DNA of 64,000 nucleotides. It comes from Bilabrum cf. latius. Lineage: Eukaryota. Shown one piece after another: positions 49,806 through 61,300 of this stretch. The DNA lies in assembly GCA_965178125.1 (NCBI GenBank), contig OZ237735.1, positions 1,178,001 through 1,242,000 of the forward strand, read 5' to 3'. Position 1 is the stretch's first letter. Each line of letters begins with the position of its first letter. Under the pieces are notes generated by a model. It saw nothing but the letters and a program-made list of their open reading frames with translations, was not told the DNA's origin and searched no databases. The position numbers and the translations under genes are program-made.

Positions 49806-52285
49806 TCACTTCATGGAGGCTGCGTCTCACTTCATGGAGGCCGCGTCTCACTTCATGGAGGCCGCGTCTCACTTCATCCAGAACGCGTCTCACTTCATCG
49901 AGGCCGCGTCTCACTTCATGGAGGCTGCGTCTCACTTCATCCAGGCCGCGTCTCACTTCATGGAGGCCGCGTCTCACTTCATCGAGGCCGCGTCTCACTT
50001 CATGGAGGCCGCGTCTCACTTCATGGAGGCTGCGTCTCACTTCATGGAGGCCGCGTCTCACTTCATGGAGGCCGCGTCTCACTTCATGGAGGCCGCGTCT
50101 CACTTCATCGAGGCTGCGTCTCACTTCATGGAGGCCGCGTCTCACTTCATGGAGGCTGCGTCTCACTTCATGGAGGCCGCGTCTCACTTCATGGAGGCCG
50201 CGTCTCACTTCATGGAGGCCGCGTCTCACTTCATGGAGGCCGCGTCTCACTTCATGGAGGCCGTGTCTCACTTCATGGAGGCCGCGTCTCACTTCATGGA
50301 GGCTGCGTCTCACTTCATGGAGGCCGCGTCTCACTTCATGGAGGCCGCGTCTCACTTCATGGAGGCCGCGTCTCACTTTATCGAGGCCGCGTCTCACTTC
50401 ATGGAGGCCGCGTCTCACTTCATGGAGGCCGCGTCTCACTTCATCCAGGCCGCGTCTCACTTCATGGAGGCCGCGTCTCACTTCATGGAGGCCGCGTCTC
50501 ACTTCATCGAGGCCGCGTCTCACTTCATGGAGGCCGCGTCTCACTTTATGGAGGCCGCGTCTCACTTCATCGAGGCCGCGTCTCACTTCATCCAGGCCGT
50601 GTCTCACTTCATGGAGGCCGCGTCTCACTTCATCCAGGCCGCGTCTCACTTCATCGAGGCTGCGTCTCACTTCATTCAGGCCGCGTCTCACTTCATGGAG
50701 GCTGCGTCTCACTTCATGGAGGCTGCGTCTCACTTCATCGAGGCTGCGTCTCACTTCATGGAGGCCGCGTCTCACTTCATCCAGGCCGCGTCTCACTTCA
50801 TGGAGGCCGCGTCTCACTTCATCCAGGCCGCGTCTCACTTCATGGAGGCCGCGTCTCACTTCATCCAGGCCGCGTCTCACTTCATGGAGGCCGCGTCTCA
50901 CTTCATCGAGGCCGCGTCTCACTTCATGGAGGCCGCGTCTCACTTCATGGAGGCCGCGTCTCACTTCATCGAGGCTGCGTCTCACTTCATTCAGGCCGCG
51001 TCTCACTTCATGGAGGCCGCGTCTCACTTCATGGAGGCCGTGTCTCACTTCATCCAGGCCGCGTCTCACTTCATCCAGGCCGCGTCTCACTTCATCGAGG
51101 CCGCGTCTCACTTCATCCAGGCCGCGTCTCACTTCATGGAGGCCGCGTCTCACTTCATCCAGGCCGCGTCTCACTTCATGGAGGCCGCGTCTCACTTCAT
51201 GGAGGCCGCGTCTCACTTCATCGAGGCTGCGTCTCACTTCATGGAGGCCGTGTCTGACTTCATGGAGGCCGCGTCTCACTTCATCCAGGCCGCGTCTCAC
51301 TTCATGGAGGCCGCGTCTCACTTCATGGAGGCCGCGTCTCACTTCATGGAGGCCGCGTCTCACTTCATGGAGGCCGCGTCTCACTTCATGGAGGCCGCGT
51401 CTCACTTCATGGAGGCCGCGTCTCACTTCATCGAGGCCGTGTCTCACTTCATGGAGGCCGCGTCTCACTTCATGGAGGCTGCGTCTCACTTCATGGAGGC
51501 CGCGTCTCACTTCATGGAGGCCGCGTCTCACTTCATGGAGGCCGCGTCTCACTTTATCGAGGCCGCGTCTCACTTCATGGAGGCCGCGTCTCACTTCATC
51601 CAGGCCGCGTCTCACTTCATCCAGGCCGCGTCTCACTTCATGGAGGCCGCGTCTCACTTCATCGAGGCCGCGTCTCACTTCATGGAGGCCGCGTCTCACT
51701 TTATCGAGGCCGCGTCTCACTTCATCGAGGCCGCGTCTCACTTCATGGAGGCTGCGTCTCACTTCATGGAGGCCGCGTCTCACTTCATCCAGGCCGTGTC
51801 TCACTTCATGGAGGCCGCGTCTCACTTCATGGAGGCCGCGTCTCACTTCATCGAGGCTGCGTCTCACTTCATGGAGGCCGCGTCTCACTTCATGGAGGCT
51901 GCGTCTCACTTCATGGAGGCTGCGTCTCACTTCATCGAGGCTGCGTCTCACTTCATGGAGGCCGCGTCTCACTTCATCGAGGCCGCGTCTCACTTCATGG
52001 AGGCCGCGTCTCACTTCATCCAGGCCGTGTCTCACTTCATGGAGGCACGCTTCTCACTTCATCCAGGCCGCGTCTCACTTCATGGAGGCCGCGTCTCACT
52101 TCATCCAGGCCGCGTCTCACTTCATGGAGGCCGCGTCTCACTTCATCCAGGCCGCGTCTCACTTCATGGAGGCTGCGTCTCACTTCATGGAGGCCGTGTC
52201 TCACTTCATCCAGGCCGCGTCTCACTTCATCCAGGCCGCGTCTCACTTCATCCAGGCCGCGTCTCACTTCATGGAGGCTGCGTCT
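49806..52285. repeat. 21-bp tandem minisatellite, ~118 units
   Basis: Consensus GCGTCTCACTTCATGGAGGCC with recurrent variants (ATCGAG, ATCCAG, GGCT, GTGT, TTTAT). One 22-bp irregular unit near 52046. No spacers. Confidence 0.97.
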
Positions 52286-52459
52286 TCATCCACAGGCCGC
52301 ATATCCCACTTCAGCCAGAGGCCGTGTCTTGTTCGAGGCCGTGGCTCGCTTCAGTGAAGCTTCATGTGTCCGTTAGATCGAGGTGCAGGAGCCGTGAAGA
52401 CGATGTTTTTCATGTGGTTGAAAATATAACAAAATCTGGTCGGTAGTCTAGGTTCAATT

Positions 52460-55400
52460 TCAGCCAGGCGTTGCCTCGCCTTCACCGAAGGTCGGAGGTA
52501 ACGCTCTCTGCATTTGCTCCTTGCGAGCGTCCACCTCGTGCACGCGTTCCATCTTGCTCAGGGCGGTCTCCGTGATGGTGGCGGCCAGCCACTGCCGACT
52601 GTAACCGATAGTCGATCGGTCGAACATGTCGCTCCCTAGAAACATCGAATGCCTGAACTAATCTTGAATGGCGCGTTTCGTGGCGTGCGGTCCGAGCGCT
52701 GTGAGCACCCACTGCCGGGCATACTCGATCGCAAAGACGCCGCAATCACACCCGTTCGTCTGCTGTGGCACGTGCCGCATCACCACGGCCGGGAACCTCT
52801 GCGGATCTTGGAGGAACGCTTCGGGAGGCCTCGCCTCGCGACCGCTCTGGGCGTCCGCCCGCGCTCGTCGGCATGCGTTTTTGTACTCGGGTGGGGCGTA
52901 TAGCTCTTCGTACATGAGCTGCACGTACCTACGAATCCGTTCGGCGTACCCCTGCCGCGCGTGCGTATTTCTGTAAGAGTCTAGGAGCAGGATACACGGC
53001 GCCGGTTCGAGCTCGGCGTTGTGGGCCTCGTACCGCAGCCCGTCGCACGCCACTAGGAGATGCTGCATCTTGGCGTCGCTGAGCGGGGCTGGCATGCCAT
53101 CTATGCTCGGGGTGCTCGGAGATGACCCCGGATCGGCGGACCGCCTGCTCTCGCCGGCACCCGACGACGGGGCGCTGCTCGATGACGCAGCTGCCGCCTG
53201 CCGTGCACCAAGGGCCGAGGTGGTGGCTGGTTCCTTCCCAGGCGACACGAGCCGGTCCGCCTCGGCGCGACACTGCACGGCACGCTCCCGCATGCGATCG
53301 GCCCCAGCCCTTGCCGCGCGTTGCGAGGCTTGCAGCACCTCAAGCCGTCGCGCAATCCACGCCAAAGCGCGCACAAGCTCGCTGTGCGCGCTGCTGGCGT
53401 CTGACAGCGCCCTTTCCAGATCTTGGGCGGGTAAGGTTGGCTTCGTCCCGGCCGGATCCGATGCAATCTCCATGCGCGACCGCTTCCGCGTCCCGCGCGC
53501 TACTGACCTGCCATCCGGTGCACGCCCTCGCTTCGATCCTAGGGCGATCGAGCCGCCATCAGCACCGGAAATTGCTGTCAGGCAATCGCTGGCTGCCCGT
53601 GTGCTCGCATCCAGTCGGCCGCAGAGCACCTTTGCAGCGTCGGCAAGGGCGCCGCAGTACGCCTCCAGCGCGCAGAGCCTCGCGACAGACCGCTCCGCAG
53701 CCCCGGCCTCCCGCAAGAGTCCCTCGTGCTTGATCGAGACGGCCTAGGCGAGACCCTTAAGGCGCCACTTGGCGTGCTCGCGCACCGCCTGCTACACGGC
53801 ATCCTTGAGCACCTCGGTGTCGGTGGTCATCTAGAATCTATCGCCGCCCCGGGCGGTGAATGCTACCGAGGAGCCTGATGCCGAGTGGGCACGCCCCCCG
53901 TCACCAGCGCACTGTTCCTCTTCGAGGCTGAACCTCGGGCATTCCAGCGGGTGCCTTGGAATTTCCAGCTGCTGATCGCAGCGCTGCGCGTACCGTCGGA
54001 GAAACTCTGCGGCGGACTTGTGCCCGCTGCTGCCTTCCCCACCCTGCAGCTCATCACGAATGGCGGCCAGGCTGGATTCGATGCCCCCGGCACCCGGTGC
54101 CGCGCTGTGTGTGCATGCGCAGAGTAGCCAATCAACCGCCTCGATGGCACCCGCCGCCCTGCTCGCCACGCCAGCGTCTGCGGCCTCGGCCGACTGCGCC
54201 GACGCGATCAGCCTTGGGGCGGTCTGGCTGAGACGAGACAGGGCGCTCGCGCTGATCGCTTCCCAGACCTCTCGGCGATGCGAGGCTACAGCATCGGCGG
54301 CTGGGTCGTGCACGCCTTTGATCGAGCCCCCCTTGTCGCCGCTGCTCCGAGTCGCATCCGGGCTGTCAGCTGCGCCCCTGGTGTGGCTGCTGCTAGCGGC
54401 AGTGTGTTGTCCCGACCCGCTGGACGGGAAGCGACCGCCAGGCGCGGCACCGGCTGATTCGCTCGAGCCCGTGGCTCTTGACGACGGAGTCGGTCCACTG
54501 CCTCCTTTGGCTTTTCTACTTGTCGGGGTAGTCTAGGCCTCCCCCGCGGCAGCGTCACCCGCAGGGGCAGCGTCACCCGCAGGGTTCACATCCATTGCCC
54601 GCCACCACCCATCCAGCGCAGCGTGCAGCCCGGTGGCGGCGGTGACAGACGCTGCGGCAGTGTTGGCGTCATTGTCATCATCTGCAGCGCCGAGCTTCTC
54701 GCACAAGTGCTCCAGTCCAGACAGCAATGACTCTAGCCTCGACATGGATCCTTGGCTGCGTGCTGCCAGCCACTATCGCGCCCGCGGCCAGACCTCGTTG
54801 TCCCACCGCCCCACGACGGGTGCTAGGGAGTGGGGGTCTGCGTGCCTGTCGGGCAGCCTCTGGCTGGCGCCCGCCGAGGCATCCTCGTCGGAACGACGGG
54901 GTCCGCTCTTTGCGCTGGATTGCATCCTCGGACGCTCGCGCTCGTCGGAACCAGCCGTGACTGCCTGGCGCGCCTCCCGCGCGGTTGGCATGGCAAGTGC
55001 CGCGTTGCACACGATGGCCAAGCTGTAGTGGCTGCTATCCCAAAATGGGATGATGACGAACTGGCGCGAGAAGGGATTGAAATTGGAACCCATGAGACCC
55101 AAAATGTCTGTTGCGGAAAGCCTCATCGGATCACCGAGCGGCAGCATCATGCGCTCTACGAGCGTGCGCGGGAGGGTGTTCAGTTCCCGGGCGCGTGCCA
55201 CTGGGGGTGCTGGGTCCACGTACCCGAGCATGCTGCCGACAGCTTGGGGCAGGTCGAGCGATGCCGGTCTCCAGATGCTGTGCTTGCCACGAGGCACAAG
55301 TTGGGCCGGGCCAGCGGCGCGGGCCCTAGCCATCGTCTCCGTCGGGTCGATCGCGCGCCCGCTCAGTACCGCGGCCCCCAGCCGCGCCAGCTCGGGTCCT

Positions 55401-57194
55401 ACGCCGAGCTCTATACGATTCATACGCTGCCAGCAGTTGTCAGCGAGGCGGTAGGTCGACTAGAGCATCATATTCGCCCGGATCTGCTCCTTCCCGGGAT
55501 ACCGCGGCCCGACCTCGATCCACGGGGTGCGAGCGCCATAAGAGTCCAACCCTGCCGGCGATGCGTCTCCCACCCCTTGGCCCTCCCTCCGAGCGCTGAG
55601 CCTAATACCCCTACCACCCGCTGCGCTCGCGAGCGCGCTTGCCCCATCGGACTCCCGCGAATTCCTTGTTCGGTTCCACGTCAATTCCATCAGGGAGCAT
55701 CGCCGACGGATGGGAGCGGGGTATTCGTAAAACATGGCGTACCAGAGGCCAAACTCTACGATGTCATCCGACAGCCATGTACCGGGAGAGCACAGCTTGA
55801 TCGTTTCCGGCCTCACACTGATGCTCGGATACCCCAAGGCAGGGAATCTCCAGGGGTGGCCTCCGCTGGCCACGTCCTTACTGGCCAGGTAAACCACCTG
55901 CTCATCGCTGCCTCCACCGCGCCGCTCCTCTGCGGATCCAGCATCGCGGGCGAATCTCGTCACAGGGCTGGCGTCAGCCTGCGCAGTCCGTGCCCCCCCT
56001 CGCACCTGTGCAGAATGCAACAGGGGCTAGAGGCACTCCACTGCCGCAGCGTGGGCCATTGGAAAGCCGAGCGTGCCTGCCAAGACAGCAGCGAGCAGCA
56101 GCTCCTCGTGCGCCCCGCTGGTCCGCGAACCAGCGGACAGGAGGGCGTCGAGCATCTGTCGGCCCTGCCCCGTGCGCGACTTTGCTCGATCGGGAGGCGG
56201 CGGGATGCCACCGGCGTACGCGAGCGACATGATCGAAGAGTCATCCCCCTCTGCTCCCCGCACGTCCCGCTCCCATGTCCACGGTCTGACCACTGCATTG
56301 AAGCCACAAGCAGAGAGCGGGTGCCGGCTGGCAAACTCGTTGGTCGTCTGCTTGACGTAGACGAACCTGCGAACGCACGCAGAGAGAGAGAGAATAGATA
56401 CATCTGAATCAAAGCACGCAACGAGAGAGAGAGAGAGGCAGATGAGACAGAGTATGGAGTCTAGGGGAAGCAAAGAACCACGGCGCGAGACGAGAGCGGG
56501 GCGGGCGCGCGTCCTGGACTCACGATTGAATCGACATGAGACCCTTGCTCCGATGTACGAGAAGCTTGGGGACCCCGTCGATGGGGGGGTCTTCCCTGTA
56601 GCTGTGGATGGCGCGCGCCGCGAGGGCGCACTCTTGATCGCTGCGCAGCCGAATGACCCGCACGCCGGGCGCGCCGGGTTCGAACGGCTCGCACGCTGCT
56701 GTCTCAAGCAGCTGCGGTACAAAATCAATCGACGACCGGTCCCTCGCTTCATCGATGCATTCGGGGTGGTCGGCCCAAACATCTTCGACCACCACGCTCT
56801 CGTCAAGCTTGTCAATCACTCGCCGCGAGTCGTCTCCCCTGTCGTCTCCCGAGCTCGACCCATCTGATGTAGATTCGCTGTCGCTGCTCTCAACAGTGCC
56901 GGCCGACTGGATTTGCCCTGCTAGGCGCGTCCCGAACGAGGCGCCTTGCGGCTGCGCGTCAGCTTTCACGTCGACCCCCGTCGTGGCTGCCTCGGCCGAG
57001 GCACGCGCAGAGTCCGCCTCGATAAACCAGGCCAGCATTCCCCCGAACAGGGGGCCCGTCCGAGCACCCGCGACCCGCTCCGACTGGCTGGGGTCTGCGG
57101 CCCCGCCAGCAGCTGGTCTGCTCGACCTGGTGGCCCCCGGTCCGGCCAGCGGCTTGTGACGCTCGAGCATCTCGGCCCCAGCGGACCCCTCCAT
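52460..57194 (-). CDS. Ulp1/SENP (peptidase C48) SUMO protease, Ulp2/SENP6-7-like, with long insertions
   Basis: PGTWLSDDIVEFGL, QFVIIPFWDSSHYSLAIVCN (His), ILLLDSY (Asp), VPQQTNGCDCGVFAIEY (Gln, Cys). The track ORFs share one frame down to TGA 52460. Intron 56367-56523. Start uncertain. Confidence 0.85.
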
Positions 57195-57252
57195 CGATGC
57201 GAAGCAGAGCAGCACGGCGCCAGTCGGGACGTTCGTCAACAGTGCGTCCCGG

Positions 57253-58176
57253 ATGCTGCTGTACTACACATCGCTTGGCTCGCAATCTGACATTGATGTG
57301 CTGCCGCGAGACCAGAACTACGCATACGGCGTGCTCACTGCGCGCCGGAGCTGGAACTATAGCAACGTGGCGCACTCCGATCAGGCCTACTTCGGAATCA
57401 AGGCAGGCAACAACAGGGAGAACCACGGGCATCTGGATCTGGGCTCCGTCATCTACGATTCTGCCGGGCACAGGTTCATTCACGACCTGGGCGCCGACAG
57501 CTACGCCCTGCCCGGCTACTTTTCGCCCAACCAGCGCTGGACCTATTACCGGCTGGGAACTTGGGGACACAACACGCTCACGTTCGACGGCAAGAATCAG
57601 AACAAGGATGCCACTGCCGCGATTGCGGAATCGCTTGCGCAAGCCGACTTTGCATATGGCATCGTGAATCTCACTGCAGCTTACGTTGGGCATCACCCAG
57701 CGTCTATTGTGCGCGGCGGAGCCCTGGCCGGAGACCGCAAAAGCATGGTAATTCGCGACGAAATCTCCTGGAAGAGCCAAGCGAGCGCGCCGAGCAACAT
57801 GTCCATCCGGTTCCATACCTTTGAAACGGTGGCTGTGCAGTGCTACAAGGGTGACGGACAGGCTACCGTGGATCCGCACGTGTGCCTCACATACGTCATC
57901 CCGGGTGACGAGCGGAAGATCAATGTGTACGCTCGCATCGTGTCGGAGTCCACTGACTGCCCAGGGGCGAAGTGGGCCACAGATGAGGTCAGGCTGTCCA
58001 AGCCACAGGAGAGCACAGACGGTCTTACGCGGATCTCTGTTGTTGCTGACTCGCAAGATGCCGTGTACAGCTGCAACCATGTGTCAGTCGTCATCGGGCC
58101 GGAGACGCCCGACACCTCGCTCAAGGTTCCCGCTCTGGCATCGTGGGGCACGGCTGGCCCTCTTAATGGGGCATGA
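57253..58176 (+). CDS. Heparinase II/III-like protein, C-terminal half only (bacterial-like)
   Basis: ARRSW..AYFGIKAGNNRENHGHLDLGSVIYDSAGHRFIHDLGADSYALPGYF..RWTYYRLGTWGHNTLTFDGKNQ matches the Hepar_II_III H-x-H-x-D-x-G and HNT blocks. An upstream in-frame TGA at 57157 leaves no room for the N-terminal helical domain. Confidence 0.75.
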   Translation: MLLYYTSLGSQSDIDVLPRDQNYAYGVLTARRSWNYSNVAHSDQAYFGIKAGNNRENHGHLDLGSVIYDSAGHRFIHDLGADSYALPGYFSPNQRWTYYRLGTWGHNTLTFDGKNQNKDATAAIAESLAQADFAYGIVNLTAAYVGHHPASIVRGGALAGDRKSMVIRDEISWKSQASAPSNMSIRFHTFETVAVQCYKGDGQATVDPHVCLTYVIPGDERKINVYARIVSESTDCPGAKWATDEVRLSKPQESTDGLTRISVVADSQDAVYSCNHVSVVIGPETPDTSLKVPALASWGTAGPLNGA

Positions 58177-58361
58177 TTTGGCAACGAGATTGAGGGCTAG
58201 ACAAGGGGTTAAGGCTAGAACGCTTTCCTGTGAAGCCCGAATTAACTGTGACAGGATTCTTTGCACATGCTATGTATCCGGATACTTTTGTCTAAACAGC
58301 AGCTACTGTTGTCATGCACAATCAGCTGAACGTTCGCGAACGAACAGCTGACCCTGCCCTT

Positions 58362-61300
58362 TCAATACTCCTCAGGCAGCTCCGTTAGTGACGGCATGAG
58401 TCTCTTGAGTACAGCCATGTGCTTCCCACCGGTGGTTGACAGCTGCCCTCCGTTCCGCGTCCGACGTGCTGTGCTCGTTGTGGACCCACTCTGACCTCCT
58501 CGAGGCACAGACGCTTTTGTACCTCGATCTACATGCAGCTGACCTGGGTGCTTCGGGTTTGGGGTGACCAGGCCTGCAGCTCCACCGTTACTTACCCGTG
58601 CCAGCAAGATCTGCACATCAGTTTGACCCGCGGCCCCTGCAATGTCCCAGGCCGTCCGCCCCTCGGCATCCTTTTGGGTAGGCTGTGCACCGTGCGCAAG
58701 CAACAAGGCCGCAGCTTTGAGGTGCCCTCCCGCAGCAGCACACATCAGCGCGGACAGCTTTGTTGGTGGGGGGGCATAATTCGGCGAAGCTCCTCGGCGT
58801 AGAAGGGCTGCCATAACGAAAAGATGGCCATGGGCAGCCGCTACTGCCAATGGGCTCGGCGTGGAGGCATGCAGCGGGTGATTCGGCCGCACTCGAACTG
58901 CCGGCCTCTCGATCAGGACTGGTACAACGAAGACGTCCGTACTGTTGGTCTGAACGCCAAAATCTGTCGAAGGACCCGCTGCTGATGGTGCGTCGGCTGC
59001 AGATTTCAGTAAGGGCAGCGAATTTGCATCACCGCCGTCGTGCTGCGAGACATGGTCAAAGCTCTCCTTCGCCTCTCGGTCCATCACGCTGCCGGTATCA
59101 CTTGCCGAGGCATTGAGCAACATGCTGGGAAGCCTGTACAACCGCTTGTTCTCCAATCGAGTTGAGCCAGACGACAGACTCGCAGTTGCACCGCGCACTG
59201 AATGGGCATGGTGAACAGGCACTTGCATTTCAGGCGCATATGCGGGAGCCTGCAGGGCCCGTCGGTCATCGGGAGGCAGCAGATGAGGGTTCGCTTGCAT
59301 GTACTACTACACCTATGAGATGCCTTCGTCACTGACAAACGAGGCCCTAGCAACCAATTGTGCGCCTCGCATCGACGCCGCTGCTGGCTGACCAACAACG
59401 AATCTTCCCCGCTGGCTACTGGGTCGCAGCGTACCGCTCAGCCGAAGGCGTTTCATGCGCTCTGCAAGATCCACGAGAGCATAATTCGGCAGCAGCACGG
59501 AATTCTCCTTGGCGTAGCCCACCGACGAGTCTGGCGCAGGCGCAAACTGTCCGCCGTACAAAGCCCTGGCACCAGCGAGAGGTATTGTCGCCGCGAAGCG
59601 TGTGGCCCAGCTCAGTGCACTATGCCCGCCCAGACCTCCGCCACACGGAATCTCTGGATTCGCGCCCTATTCTACGGCCCGCAAGACTTCTTTAAAGTCC
59701 ATTCGAAGCATCGCTAGCTAAAGGTCAGCCTGCTTTCTCTCGCCTGCCTGTTTGGACCGTAGGATGAGCCGCCTGCCTACGATCGATCGGCCAGACCTGT
59801 CGTCTGTGATGATTCCAGCTCGATCCACCGCCTCAATGCAGGCATCGATAACCTCATCATGAGACAGAGAAAATCCAGATTCGTACGAACCTTCTGCAAC
59901 AGAGCCAATGTGGTCAGAGCGGTTGGCTCTACGCTGCCTCCCTGCTCCACGGCGTTCGAAGACTCTCCAACCAATCTCGCAGCAGCCCAATATGCTGGAC
60001 TGCACGCTATCAAATGATATGACTGTCTCTCCATTTCCGCTGCAAATTGCACAATTCACGGGCTGCACAGCATCAAGCCCCGGAGGGTCAGCCATAAGCG
60101 ACAAGGTGCTGCCTTGGGCGGACACCGACGCTGCCTGCCCACCGAATACCATCGACTCGCCGGCAATAGAGCTGTGGTCATCGGCAACGGACTGCACCTC
60201 CCCGATCAAGTCAACAGTACCCATTCCTGGCCGAGCCTTCGTACTCATGCGACGAGTTCCGCTTGCCACGGCACGCTCGATGATCGAATGCCTTCGACGC
60301 TTGCGCCCTTGTCCTCCGGTTGCTCTGGCTGCGGCGACCGATGTCCTACGCGCCCTTGCGCGTGATGGTGCACCTTCCGTATCGACATGAAAGCGGGGAT
60401 TACCCGCCCGTTTTCTGGCCAGCATTGATTGTCGCTTGAGCGCCTGCCTCTTAATGAGGTCTCGCTGTTGCTGCAATGACCTCGATACTCCGAGCGCAAG
60501 GGAATCAAAGTAGGCGCCCTAGTCGAGCGAATCGATCTGCAGGACGCGCATATCGTCGCCTCCAAGCGAACCAGCGATTCCAAGGTGGGCATCGCTTGAA
60601 ATTGGGTCTGCTTCTCGATATGCGTCGCTCGAAGGCTTTGATCCTGCGTTTGAATCGACTTCAGGGACTCCCAAGGTCTGCAGGGTATTCTAGCTGTGGC
60701 GAAGCGACGGCTGCATAGCTATCAGCCTAGCCTGCTCCAACACTATGGCAAATACATTGGGGTCGAGCAAGGGGGCTAACGAGCCAGGAGGAGTACGAAT
60801 GGGCCGGATATACGACCGTCGTCTCACCACCGGCAAGCCCCATCGTAAAGCAACGAGGCCAAGCCAGCGGCACACTCTCTCATTACCGTTGTACGCAGCC
60901 TCCACCAAGGGCACACGATGCTCTTCCCGGCGGTCGCGATACTTGCGAAGGTCTGCTTGGAGCGCAAGATAGGCAGCGGCGTCTGCGATCACCCGATTCC
61001 CGCCCATGTTTCCAAGGCGGGCACGATCCTCGGAAACCTGCCACCTGGCATACAGCCAGAACGATTCCAGCATGGCGCATGCGGATTTCCCGAGGCTCCA
61101 TTGTTCCGGCGGATCGTCGGCTTCCTCATCTTCATCGAGAAGACCTACATCAGGGTGTGCTTGCTCTAGCTCCTGTTTGTTCAGCTTTCCATCGCTGTGC
61201 AGTCGCTTCATGGCCAGATATCTGCGCTGGATAGCTCGCTCTTCCTCCCACCAAGGCGGGATGCGGAATCCAACAGCTTGCATCAGCGGGTTGGCGCCCT

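Noticed and set aside
49806-52285. CRISPR array
   Set aside because: Contiguous 21-bp units with no unique spacers, no cas genes, and a eukaryotic context.
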